Of a stretch of DNA of 64,000 nucleotides, positions 25,467 to 38,402 are shown in pieces (position 1 is the first letter of the stretch; each line of letters opens with the position of its first letter). The stretch comes from Mustelus asterias (taxonomy: Eukaryota): the NCBI RefSeq assembly GCF_964213995.1, contig NC_135804.1, forward strand, positions 69,440,001 to 69,504,000, given 5' to 3'. The notes beneath the pieces are model-generated. The model made no database searches and was not told the origin of the DNA. It was given only the letters and a program-made list of their open reading frames with translations. The translations under genes and the position numbers were made by a program.

Positions 25467-26149
25467 CAGTGATATCCTTCTTCCAGTGATATAACACAGG
25501 GAATGGTGCCGGATCCTATATTCCTTTTTGTTCATCAATGATCTAGACAGAAATGTTCCATGTTCATTAAATTGGCAAAGGGCACATATAATAATGGCGT
25601 GGTAAGTAGCGGGGAAGAAAACCTTAGATTACACGGCGATAGAGATGTGCTGGTCAGACGGGCAGAGCTTTGCAAATGCAACAAGAGACATTGTCCGATG
25701 GATATGCATCGGGTGTGGAGACAACAAGACAGGGAGATATCATGCTTACAAAGTCAGAACGGTCAATTGCCTCTTTTAACCGTGGCATGGAACATAACAG
25801 CAGGAAGGTTGTGATGAAGCTCTATCAAACGGTCGTTCGGTCGCAGCTAGAATGAATGTTGTGTGCTCTTCTGGCCGCCATGCCAAAGGACAGATGGGAT
25901 CTCAAAGAGAGGTTGCAGCTGATATGCATTAGGATGTTGCATGGGCTGGAGGGTTTAAACTTAAAGGGAGACTGGTTAGGCTGATATTGTTCTCCATGGA
26001 GCAGAGGAGGTTCATTCGGGACTTGATTGAGGTCTGCAAATTTGAGAAGAACATAGAATCATAGAATCCTGCAGTGTCGAAGGAGGCCATTGAGGCCATC
26101 GGGTGTGCAATGCAAAATGCTTCTGGGGAAATTTGCACTCGAGGTTCTG

Positions 26150-27725
26150 CCTATGGTGGATGAATTAAACAAGCTTTTTTCTTTGGTTTTCACCATAGAG
26201 GACAGAAGTAACATCTCAGAAATAGCTGAAAATCAGTAAATGGGAGGGCTTGAGGAACACAGGGAAATTACAATAACCAGGAAAGCGATACTGAGCAAAT
26301 TGTTGGGCCTGTGGCTTACGAATTCCCGTATCCGGACAGACTTAACACTAATCACATAAATAAATGGCTAGAAAGATGTTCCATTATTTTTTTCCCAAAA
26401 TCCCCAGGTGACACGGTGATACAGTGGGTAGCACTGCTAACTCACAGCGCCAGGGATCTGGTTTTGATTCCCAGCTTGGTGCTGGTTAGGTGCATTGACC
26501 CAAGCAGTCGCCAGAATCTGGCGGCAAGTGGAACTTCAAAGTGACTTCATTGCAGTATTAATGTAAGCCTTACTTGTGACTAATAAATAAACTTTTTAAC
26601 ATTTACATTCGGGAAAGGTTCCATTTTATAGGAAGACAGAAAATGTAACTCCTTTATTCAAGAAGGACAACAGACATAAAACAGAAAACTACACGTCATT
26701 TAGTCAACAACTTTCACAGGGAATTTATTGGAAACAATTGCTAAAGATCGTGGGGACTTGGGGGTAACAATCAAGAAATCAGGCAGAGTCAAGATGGATT
26801 TGTGCAAGAAAAGCCATGCTTGTCCAATTTATTGCCTTTCCCTGCGACATCACAGGGATCGATGATGGCCTTCAACTTCCACAATTTACATATGACTTGT
26901 CTGAGAGGACTGGAGGTTCGATGGCTACGTTTGCTGACGAGGCAAACATAAATAGGAATGTAAATTGTGAAGAGAGCGTAAGGATGCGACGAAAGGCCAA
27001 AATTGGGTTAACTGTTTCAGCAAAACTCTGGCAAATGGAGTATAATGTTGGAACACTTGAAATTGTTCATATTCGCTTGGAAAATTAAAACAATGACAGG
27101 ATGGTGAGAGGTTCCTCGTGCATGAGTCACAAAAGGCTGGTATACTGGTCCAGCAGGTAAACAGGAAAATTAATCGAATGTTCTCATTTATTGTAGGGGA
27201 AATTGATTATGGGAGTAAATACGTTTTGCAGCGCATTCGTGAGACCACATCTGGAGTGTTATGTACAATATTGGTCTCCTTATTTAAGAAAACATGCAAA
27301 TTAGTCAGAAGCAGTTTCGAGAGCGTTTACTGGATTAACTATGAGGAAATGTTCGCATTGTGCTCATGAGTGTTCTGAAGAGTAAAAGACGACTTGATTG
27401 AAATCGTGGGGCGATATCGGCAAGGTGGCTGCCGAAACGATATTTCCTCTTGTCGGAGATTCTAAAACTGGGAGGCACTGTTTTTTTAAAGCATCACCCA
27501 TTTAAGTCAGAGATACGATTTATTTTCCCTGAGAAGTTTGTGAGTCTCTGACATTCTCATCATCGAAAGACAGTAGGAACGGAGTCTTTGAATATTTTAA
27601 GGCTGACCTAGATGACTTCTTGATTAATAAGCCGGTGAAAGATTTTCTAGGGTCAGCCATGTTCTTATTGGTTGACAGAGCAGGGTAGAGAGGTCGAGTG
27701 GTCTACTGCTTCTCCTAATTCGTAT
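26150..27725 (+). mobile_element. Old decayed CR1 with a short tRNA-headed SINE inserted at about 26405-26600
   Basis: TFADEA, WQMEYNVG and RPHLE-like remnants; SINE head acggtgatacagtgggtagcactgct. Confidence 0.6.
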
Positions 27726-28644
27726 ACTGGTTCGTATAAGCCAGTTGGTACGAAAGTTCTCTTTGGGTGCGCTATATCCACGTCATCTGAAGCAATATGT
27801 GGTGCCATTTGACTTATATTTCCTCTCCATCTTTTTCCTCCTGCAGTGAATTGTGTGAGAAACTTAGGGCACAGAATTAATTTGAAAAGCCATAAGTGCA
27901 ATTCGGCAATGTTCAAAGCAAAACAGTTAAAACAATAATCAAAATGCAAAATTAGTCCAGATATAATTTTCTTGCTTTTCGAGTCCAATTACCGCCCATA
28001 TTATTCCATGCATTATTATCCCTTTTGTCACTTAACCATTCTTCCGTTCACTTTGTCGCAGAACCAATCATTTTTTGCTCTCATTCATTCCCTCCCTCCC
28101 ACAAAAGCCCCTGCTTTTACTTATCTTGCATGTTGCAATGCAAGACTATTACATTCATAATTTATTTCAGTTTTGCAGGCAATTAAGCTGAAATATTTTC
28201 ACAGTTTCGCCCTCCACTCGCCTAATAATTCGTTGCATATTTACGATACTTTCCCGCACTTTTTCAATTGCAGCTTGAAAGATTTTTAAAGTTTATTTAC
28301 TAGTGTGACAAGTAGGCTTACATAAATACTGCAATGAAGTCACTGAGAAACCGCTTCCCCCCCCCCCCCCCCCCCCCCGCCATCGCCCCCCACCCTCAGA
28401 GTTTGTCAGTTTAATTGCAAATGTTACGAAAAGCTGAGGATTGGCCATTTGGAAAATGCCTCCGAATATTGAACGGCATTGAGCAATAGGTGGCTTTAAT
28501 GTCCAGTGGGAAAAGAGTGGAAATTGTGCCATTATTAATATAAACTAGATATTACAAAAGTAGAGTGCAGAATAGCACAAGGTGCAATGATGAGATCGGC
28601 ATGTTTTAAATTCTTTGTTGTTCTGGACCACTGTGCGATATGTA

Positions 28645-31503
28645 ACTGAACAAAACGTCAACAAAAAGAAGATTGTCATCGACTTCAGGAAGTGTAAAGG
28701 AGAACATTCCCCATGTCCATCAACGGGGATGAAGTAGACAGGGCAGAAAGCTTCAAGTTTTTAGGTGTCCAGATCACCAACAACATGTCCTGGTCCCCCC
28801 ATGCCGACACTATAGTTCAGAAAGCCCACCAACGCCTCTACTTTCTCAGTAGACCAGGAAATTTGGCATGTTAGCTACAACTCTCACCAACTTTTAGAGA
28901 CGCAACATGGGAAGCATTCTTTCTGGCTGTATCACAGCTTAGTATGGTTGCTGCTCTGCCTAAGACAGCATGGAACTACAAAAGGTCGTGAATGTAGCCC
29001 AATCCATCACGCAAACCAGCATCCCATCCATTGACTCTGCCTACGCTTCCCACTGCCTCGGCAAAGCAGCCAGCATAATTAAGGACACCACGAACCCTGG
29101 ACATTCTATCATCCACCTTCTTCCTTCGGGAAAAAGACACAAAGGTCTGAGGTCAAGTACCAACCGACTCAAGAAGAGTTCCTTCCCTGCTGCTGTCAAA
29201 CCTTTGAATGGACTTACCCTGCATTGAGTTGGTCATTCTCCGCACCCGAACTATGACTGTAACACTACATTCTGCACTTTCTCGTTTCCTTCTCTATGAA
29301 CGGTATGCTTTGTCTGTATAGCGTGCAAGAAACAATACTTTTCACTGTATAGAAACATGGAAACATAGAAAACGACAGCACAAAACAGGCCCTTCGGCCC
29401 CACAAGTTGTGCCGGACATATCCCTACCTTTTAGGCCTACCTATAACCCTCCATCCTATTAAGTCCCATGTACTCATCCAGGAGTCTCTTAAAATACCCT
29501 ATTGAGTTTGCCTCCACCACCACTGACGGCAGCCGATTCCACTCGCCCACCACCCTCTGTGTGAAAAACTTCCACCGAACATTTCCCCTGTATCTACCCC
29601 CCAGCACGTTAAACCTGTGTCCTCTCGTAGCAGCCATTCCCACCCTGGGAAAACGCCTCTGAGAGTCCACTCGATCTATGCCTCTCAACATCTTATATAC
29701 CTCTATTAGGTCTCCTCTCATCGTACGTCTCTCCAAGGAGAAAAGACCGAGCTCCCTCAGCCTATCCTCATAAGGCATGCCACTCAATCCAGGCAACGTC
29801 CTTGTAAATCTCCTCTGCACCCTTTCAATCTTTTCCACATCCTTAATGAGGCGACCAGAACTGAGCACAGTACTCCAAGTGGGGTCTGACGAGGGCCTTA
29901 TATAGCTGCATCATTATCCCCGGACTCCTAAACTCAATCCCTTGATTGATAAAGGCCAGCACACCATACGCCTTCTTAACCACCTCCTCCACCTGCGGTG
30001 CCGATTTTACAGTCCTATGGACCCGGACCCCGAGGTCCTTCTGATCCTTTACCGTACCAAGAGTCTTTCCCTTTATATTGTACTCCTTCATCCCATTCGA
30101 CCTGCCAAAATGGACCACTACGCATTTATCTGGGTTGAAGTCCATCTGCCACTTCTCCGCCCAGTCTTGCAGCCTATCTATGTCCCACTGTAACGTCTGA
30201 CATCCCACCAGACTATCCACAACCCCAGCAACCTTCTTGTCGTCGGCAAATTTACCAACCCATCCCTACACTTCCTCTTCCAGGTCATTTATGAAAATGA
30301 CAAACAGCGAGGGTACCAGAACAGATCCCGAGGGCACACCACTGCTGACCGACCTCCATTTTTAAAAGTACCCATCTATACACACTCTCTGCCTCCTTTG
30401 GGCAAGCCAGTTCTGGATCCACAGGGCAGCCGCCCCTTGGATCCCATGCCCTCTCACTTTTTCGAGAAGCCTTGCTTGGGGGACCTTATCGAATGCCTTG
30501 CTAAAATCCATAGAAACCACGTCTACCGATTTCCCTTCGTCAATGTGTTTTGTCACATTTTCAAAGAACTCCACCAGACTCGTAAGGCACGATTTGCCTT
30601 TGACAAAGCCATGCTGAATATTCTTGAGCATACTAAACCTCTCTAAATGCTCATAAATGTTGTCCCTCAGGATCTTCTCCATCAGCTTACCAACCACTGA
30701 GGTTAGACTCACCGGTCGGTAATTTCCTGGGTTACCCCTATTCCCCGTCTTGAAAATAGGAACCACATCCGCAATCCTCCAATCCTCCGGCACCTCTCCC
30801 GTCGCCATCAACGACGCAAAGATCATTGCCAGAGGCTCTGCAATCTCTTCCCTCGCCTCCCACTAGTAACCTGGGGTACATCCCATCCGGACCCAGCGAC
30901 TTATCTATCTTGATGCCATTCAAAGATTCCAGCACAACCTCTTTGTTAAAGTCCACATACTCAATCTTTTCAGTCCACCGCAAGCCCACAGTCCGTCCAC
31001 CCATGTCCTTCTCCTCTGTGAAAACCGAGGCAAAATACTCATTAAGCACCTCTGCCATTCTACTGATTCCGTACAGATTTTCCCGCCTTCACCTTTTATA
31101 GGCCCTATTCCTTCACGTCTCATCCTTTTACTCATCACATATTTATAGAACGCCTTCGGGTTTTCCTTAATTCTACTTGCCAAGGCCTTCTCGTGACCCC
31201 TTCTGGCTCTCCTAATTTCCTTCTTTAGTCCCTTTCTACAAACCGTATACTCATCTAGATCCCTATCTTCGCCAAGCTCTCTGAACCCTTTGTACGTTTT
31301 CCTTTTCTTCTCGACTAGGTCCCGCACAGCTTTCGTGCACCACGGTTCCTTTAACCTACCAACTCCTCCCTGTCTGCTCGGAACATTGTCCTGTAGAACC
31401 CTAGACAGACATTCCTTGAAAAACTGCCACCTCTCTTCAGTAGATTTCCCCGAGTATACCATTTATGTTAATACACGTGACACTAACAAATCAAATCAAA
31501 TCA
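28645..31503 (+). mobile_element. Rex1/Babar-like LINE 3' portion (28645-29350) whose tail resumes at 31460-31503
   Basis: IVIDFRK..SFKFLGVQITNNMSW..KAHQRLYFL; the 3'UTR cactgtat|gttaatac is split by a CR1; (aaatc)n tail. Confidence 0.75.
29349..31458 (-). mobile_element. CR1 LINE, 5'-truncated and frameshifted, inserted in the Rex-like tail
   Basis: Successive ORF2 fragments 30920-31462, 30362-30826, 29843-30220 and 29437-29868; (ctatgttt)-type tail. Confidence 0.92.
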
Positions 31504-31944
31504 AAAAGAAGGTTCCTTTCATTACTGGACAAAATTCATTGCCCATTATCTCAGTTTTAGCCTGTTTCAAGTGCAAATATCTTCACCCAAGTGGGGGTCA
31601 TAGAGGGAATTGGTCTTTCTCACGTGGAAGGAGAAACTTTGGAGTTTGATATGCTCGGTGAAGATTCGCGTTCTTGTTCTCAAAATAGTGAATGCTGGAG
31701 AAAAAGGAAGGGACAAGAGTGGCATTTTTACTATTTGTAACTCCCACAGTTGCGTGGACCTGCAGAGTTTCACTGGCTGTCTCGTCTGGAGACAATACAC
31801 ATCTTTTTAGCCTGTCTTGATGCTCTCTCCACTCCCATTGTTTTGTTTCTTAAAGACTGGATTCGTTGTAAGTATTCGCATTCCAACCATTATTCATGTA
31901 AATTGAGTCTGTGTCTTTATAAGTTCTGTTTGTGAACAGAATTC

Positions 31945-31989
31945 CCACTCACCTGAAGAAGGGGCTCAGAGCCTCGAAAGCTTGTGTGG
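31945..31989 (+). ncRNA. Hammerhead ribozyme motif, array pseudo-LTR 1
   Basis: CCACUCAC-CUGAAGA-A-GGGGC-UCAGA-GCCUC-GAAA-GCUU^GUGUGG. Confidence 0.75.
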
Positions 31990-32082
31990 CTTTTGCTACC
32001 AAATACACCTGTTGGACTTTAACCTGGTGTTGTTAAACTTCTTACTGTGTTTACCCCAGTCCAACGCCGGCATCTCCACATC

Positions 32083-34731
32083 ATGACTACCATCGACACC
32101 GCAAACTGCCGGCTCCAAGTGGAGAGGATCGCCAAGAAGATCGCGCATATCGACACAGACATCAAGTTTCTACAAAGATGCAAGAAAGCAGACAAGATAC
32201 CGAAAGGACTACAGATCACGAACCCACTCAGGTCAACCTATAACACAGACTTTGCCGTCGCACCTCTCTCACCCTCCTCAACCACCTCATACACCAACTC
32301 TACAGCAAACGCCGCAGCCTGGAAACCAAGATCGAATCCATATTCTCAACTTGCGCTCAGGACGCAGACCAGCTGCGAAACTCTGCCAAGCAGACGAGAC
32401 AAAGGAACTACACCATCTACATGCACACCAAGAACAGGAAACTTGAGAAACTCGGCATCACCACCAGCAGCAACCAAGCCTCCCCCGGTACCACAGTAGA
32501 AAACAGTACCACTGCAGGGAAGTCCATTGTCAACTTGTCCGACTACACACTTCAACCAGATGAAATCGAAGTTCTCAGCCGAGGGCTTAATTTTTGCCCC
32601 ACCACCAAAATAGACCCCATCAGTCTCGCAGCAGACACAGAGGAATTCATCAGGCGAATGAGGCTGAGGGAGTTCTTCCACAAACCCCAAGAGGCCAACA
32701 ACGAACACAATGAGACAGCCAATGAACCGGAACAGCCGACAGAGAGATCCGCAGTGCATCCGAAGAGGAAAGAGTCGAATTGGACTCCTCCGGAAGGCCG
32801 CTGCCCTCGACTTGACATGTATGCCCAAGCCGTCAGGAGGTGCGTCAACACCAAATTCATCAGCCGCACTCACAAGACAGCCCCGAACATCACCCAAGCA
32901 CAACGTAACGCCATCCACGCTCTCAAGACCAACCGCAACATTGTCATCAAACCAGCAGACAAAGGAGGGGCCATCGTCATACTGAACAGAACGGATTACT
33001 GCAAAGAAGTGAACCGACAACTCAACAACGAGGAACACTACAGACAGTTACCTGCAGATCTGACCAAAGAACACACCCGTCAACTCAACACTCTGATCAA
33101 GACCTTTGATCTGGACCTTCAGAACACCCTCCGTGCTCTCATCCCACGTACTCCCCGCGTTGGAGATCTCTACTGCCTCCCGAAGATACACAAGGCAAAC
33201 ACACCCGGCCGTCCCATCGTATCGGGCAATGGGACCCTGTGCGAGAACCTCTCCGGCTATGTCGAGGGCATCCTGAAACCCATTGTACAAAGAACCCCCA
33301 GCTTTTGTCGCGACACGACGGACTTCCTACAGAAACTCGGCACACATGGAGCAGTTGAACCAGGAGCGCTCCTCGTCACAATGGATGTCTCAGCACTCTA
33401 CACCAGCATCCCCCATGACGATGGCATTGCTGCAACGGCCTCAGTGCTCAGCGCCAACAACTGCCAGTTTCCAGATGCAATTTTACATCTCATCCGCTTC
33501 ATCCTGGACCACAATATCTTCACCTTCAACAACCAGTTCTTCATCCAGACACATGGAACAGCCATGGGGACCAAATTTGCACCTCAATATGCCAACATCT
33601 TCATGCACAGGTTCGAACAAGACTTCTTCACCGCACGGGACCTTCAACCGATGCTATACACTAGATACATCGATTACATTTTCTTCCTTTGGACTCATGG
33701 TGAACAATCACTGAAACAACTCTATGATGACATCAACAAGTTCCATCCCACCATCAGGCTCACCATAGACTACTCTCCGGAATCGGTTGCATTCTTGGAC
33801 ACGCGCATCTCCATTAAGGACGGTCACCTCAGCACCTCACTGTACCGCAAGCCCACGGATAACCTCACGATGCTCCACTTCTCCAGCTTCCACCCTAAAC
33901 ACGTTAAAGAAGCCATCCCCTACACACAGGATCTGCTCGGATGAGGAGGATCGCAACAGACACCTCCAGACGCTGAAAGATGCCCTCATAAGAACAGGAT
34001 ATGGCGCTAGACTCATTGATCAACAGTTCCAACGCGCCACTGCGAAAAACCGCACCGACCTCCTCAGAAGACAAACACGGGACACAGTGGACAGAGTACC
34101 CTTCGTTGTCCAGTACTTCCCCGGAGCGGAGAAGCTACAGCATCTCCTCCGGAGCCTTCAACATGTCATTGATGAAGACGAACATCTCGCCAAGGCCATC
34201 CCCACACCCCCACTTCTTGCCTTCAAACAACCGCACAACCTCAAACAGACCATTGTCCGCAGCAAACTACCCAGCCTTCAGGAGAACAGTGACCAAGACA
34301 CCACACAACCCTGCCACAGCAACCTCTGCAAGACGTGCCGGATCATCGACACAGATGCCATCATCTCACGTGAGAACACCATCCACCAGGTACACGGTAC
34401 ATACTCTTGCAACTCGGCCAACGTTGTCTACCTGATACGCTGCAAGAAAGGATGTCCCGAGGCATGGTACATTGGGGAAACTATGCAGACGCTGCGACAA
34501 CGGATGAATGAACACCGCTCGACAATCACCAGGCAAGACTGTTCTCTTCCTGTTGGGGAGCACTTCAGCGGTCACGGGCATTCGGACTCTGATATTCGGG
34601 TAAGCGTTCTCCAAGGCGGCCTTCGCGACACACGGCAGCGCAGAGTCGCTGAGCAGAAACTGATAGCCAAGTTCCGCACACACAAGGACGGCCTCAACCG
34701 GGATATTGGGTTTATGTCACACTATTTGTAA
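32083..34731 (+). pseudogene. PLE unit 1 ORF (RT plus GIY-YIG), two frameshifts, YIDY
   Basis: ATG at 32083; frameshift near 32251; 17-bp deletion at 33923/33924; the catalytic codon at 33675-33677 is TAC. Confidence 0.9.
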
Positions 34732-34935
34732 CTCCCACAGTTGCGTGGACCTGCAGAGTTTCACTGGCTGTCTTGTCTGGAGACAATACACATCTTTTTA
34801 GCCTGTCTTGATGCTCTCTCCACTCCCATTGTTTTGTTTCTTAAAGACAGGCTTAGTTGTAAGTATTCGCATTCCAACCATTATTCATGTAAATTGAGTC
34901 TGTGTCTTTATAAGTTCTGTTTGTGAACAGAATTC

Positions 34936-34980
34936 CCACTCACCTGAAGAAGGGGCTCAGAGCCTCGAAAGCTTGTGTGG
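34936..34980 (+). ncRNA. Hammerhead ribozyme motif, array pseudo-LTR 2
   Basis: Identical to 31945-31989. Confidence 0.75.
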
Positions 34981-35073
34981 CTTTTGCTCCCAAATCAACC
35001 TGTTGGACTTTAACCTGGTGTTGTTAAACTTCTTACTGTGTTTACCCCAGTCCAACGCCGGCATCTCCACATC

Positions 35074-37722
35074 ATGACTACCATCGACACCGCAAACTGC
35101 CGGCTCCAAGTGGAGAGGATCGCCAAGAAGATCGCGCATATCGACACAGACATCAAGTTTCTACAAAGATGCAAGAAAGCAGACAAGATACCGAAAGGAC
35201 TACAGATCACGAACCCACTCAGGTCAACCTATAACACAGACTTTGCCGTCGCACCTCTCTCACCCTCCTCAACCACCTCATACACCAACTCTACAGCAAA
35301 CGCCGCAGCCTGGAAACCAAGATCGAATCCATATTCTCAACTTGCGCTCAGGACGCAGACCAGCTGCGAAACTCTGCCAAGCAGAGGAGACAAAGGAACT
35401 ACACCATCTACATGCACACCAAGAACAGGAAACTTGAGAAACTCGGCATCACCACCAGCAGCAACCAAGCCTCCCCCGGTACCACAGTAGAAAACAGTAC
35501 CACTGCAGGGAAGTCCATTGTCAACTTGTCCGACTACACACTTCAACCAGATGAAATCGAAGTTCTCAGCCGAGGGCTTAATTTTTGCCCCACCACCAAA
35601 ATAGACCCCATCAGTCTCGCAGCAGACACAGAGGAATTCATCAGGCGAATGAGGCTGAGGGAGTTCTTCCACAAACCCCAAGAGGCCAACAACGAACACA
35701 ATGAGACAGCCAATGAACCGGAACAGCCGACAGAGAGATCCGCAGTGCATCCGAAGAGGAAAGAGTCGAATTGGACTCCTCCGGAAGGCCGCTGCCCTCG
35801 ACTTGACATGTATGCCCAAGCCGTCAGGAGGTGCGTCAACACCAAATTCATCAGCCGCACTCACAAGACAGCCCCGAACATCACCCAAGCACAACGTAAC
35901 GCCATCCACGCTCTCAAGACCAACCGCAACATTGTCATCAAACCAGCAGACAAAGGAGGGGCCATCGTCATACTGAACAGAACGGATTACTGCAAAGAAG
36001 TGTACCGACAACTCAACAACGAGGAACACTACAGACAGTTACCTGCAGATCTGACCAAAGAACACACCCGTCAACTCAACACTCTGATCAAGACCTTTGA
36101 TCTGGACCTTCAGAACACCCTCCGTGCTCTCATCCCACGTACTCCCCGCGTTGGAGATCTCTACTGCCTCCCGAAGATACACAAGGCAAACACACCCGGC
36201 CGTCCCATCGTATCGGGCAATGGGACCCTGTGCGAGAACCTCTCCGGCTATGTCGAGGGCATCCTGAAACCCATTGTACAAAGAACCCCCAGCTTTTGTC
36301 GCGACACGACGGACTTCCTACAGAAACTCGGCACACATGGAGCAGTTGAACCAGGAGCGCTCCTCGTCACAATGGATGTCTCAGCACTCTACACCAGCAT
36401 CCCCCATGACGATGGCATTGCTGCAACGGCCTCAGTGCTCAGCGCCAACAACTGCCAGTTTCCAGATGCAATTTTACATCTCATCCGCTTCATCCTGGAC
36501 CACAATATCTTCACCTTCAACAACCAGTTCTTCATCCAGACACATGGAACAGCCATGGGGACCAAATTTGCACCTCAATATGCCAACATCTTCATGCACA
36601 GGTTCGAACAAGACTTCTTCACCGCACGGGACCTTCAACCGATGCTATACACTAGATACATCGATTACATTTTCTTCCTTTGGACTCATGGTGAACAATC
36701 ACTGAAACAACTCTATGATGACATCAACAAGTTCCATCCCACCATCAGGCTCACCATAGACTACTCTCCGGAATCGGTTGCATTCTTGGACACGCGCATC
36801 TCCATTAAGGACGGTCACCTCAGCACCTCACTGTACCGCAAGCCCACGGATAACCTCACGATGCTCCACTTCTCCAGCTTCCACCCTAAACACGTTAAAG
36901 AAGCCATCCCCTACACACAGGATCTGCTCGGATGAGGAGGATCGCAACAGACACCTCCAGACGCTGAAAGATGCCCTCATAAGAACAGGATATGGCGCTA
37001 GACTCATTGATCAACAGTTCCAACGCGCCACTGCGAAAAACCGCACCGACCTCCTCAGAAGACAAACACGGGACACAGTGGACAGAGTACCCTTCGTTGT
37101 CCAGTACTTCCCCGGAGCGGAGAAGCTACAGCATCTCCTCCGGAGCGTTCAACATGTCATTGATGAAGACGAACAGCTCGCCAAGGCCATCCCCACACCC
37201 CCACTTCTTGCCTTCAAACAACCGCACAACCTCAAACAGACCATTGTCCGCAGCAAACTACCCAGCCTTCAGGAGAACAGTGACCAAGACACCACACAAC
37301 CCTGCCACAGCAACCTCTGCAAGACGTGCCGGATCATCGACACAGATGCCATCATCTCACGTGAGAACACCATCCACCAGGTACACGGTACATACTCTTG
37401 CAACTCGGCCAACGTTGTCTACCTGATACGCTGCAAGAAAGGATGTCCCGAGGCATGGTACATTGGGGAAACTATGCAGACGCTGCGACAACGGATGAAT
37501 GAACACCGCTCGACAATCACCAGGCAAGACTGTTCTCTTCCTGTTGGGGAGCACTTCAGCGGTCACGGGCATTCGGACTCTGATATTCGGGTAAGCGTTC
37601 TCCAAGGCGGCCTTCGCGACACACGGCAGCGCAGAGTCGCTGAGCAGAAACTGATAGCCAAGTTCCGCACACACAAGGACGGCCTCAACCGGGATATTGG
37701 GTTTATGTCACACTATTTGTAA
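35074..37722 (+). pseudogene. PLE unit 2 ORF, same lesions as unit 1
   Basis: Same 5' frameshift, same 17-bp deletion (36914/36915) and YIDY (36666-36668). Confidence 0.9.
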
Positions 37723-37926
37723 CTCCCACAGTTGCGTGGACCTGCAGAGTTTCACTGGCTGTCTTGTCTGGAGACAATACACATCTTTTTAGCCTGTCTT
37801 GATGCTCTCTCCACTCCCATTGTTTTGTTTCTTAAAGACAGGCTTAGTTGTAAGTATTCGCATTCCAACCATTATTCATGTAAATTGAGTCTGTGTCTTT
37901 ATAAGTTCTGTTTGTGAACAGAATTC

Positions 37927-37971
37927 CCACTCACCTGAAGAAGGGGCTCAGAGCCTCGAAAGCTTGTGTGG
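37927..37971 (+). ncRNA. Hammerhead ribozyme motif, array pseudo-LTR 3
   Basis: Identical to 31945-31989. Confidence 0.75.
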
Positions 37972-38402
37972 CTTTTGCTACCAAATAAACCTGTTGGACT
38001 TTAACCTGGTGTTGTTAAACTTCTTACTGTGTTTACCCCAGTCCAACGCCGGCATCTCCACATCATGACTACCATCGACACCGCAAACTGCCGGCTCCAA
38101 GTGGAGAGGATCGCCAAGAAGATCGCGCATATCGACACAGACATCAAGTTTCTACAAAGATGCAAGAAAGCAGACAAGATACCGAAAGGACTACAGATCA
38201 CGAACCCACTCAGGTCAACCTATAACACAGACTTTGCCGTCGCACCTCTCTCACCCTCCTCAACCACCTCATACACCAACTCTACAGCAAACGCCGCAGC
38301 CTGGAAACCAAGATCGAATCCATATTCTCAACTTGCGCTCAGGACGCAGACCAGCTGCGAAACTCTGCCAAGCAGACGAGACAAAGGAACTACACCATCT
38401 AC

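Larger units (their letters stand above)
23540..26045 (+). mobile_element. Very old CR1 remnant hosting two younger insertions
   Basis: VYMDFTKAF-like sequence at about 23625 resumes after 25221 and runs through decayed RT and C-terminal motifs. Confidence 0.6.

Noticed and set aside
28357-28395. Poly-C/G runs (also about 49905-49965, 62155-62177, 63405-63425 and 63750-63770) as functional G-quadruplexes
   Set aside because: They look like homopolymer expansions or length errors; one sits inside a CR1 where sibling copies have a short run.
31750-31935. Recurrent 61-aa ORF (MRGPAEFHWLS...) in the pseudo-LTRs
   Set aside because: It starts at TTG, has no recognisable domain and is not evidently kept in the diverged subfamily at 53620-54167.
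32346-33038. 230-aa antisense ORF repeated in each PLE unit, and other antisense or alternate-frame ORFs over LINEs
   Set aside because: These are shadow frames of C/A-rich coding sequence with no motifs; they recur only because the units are duplicated.
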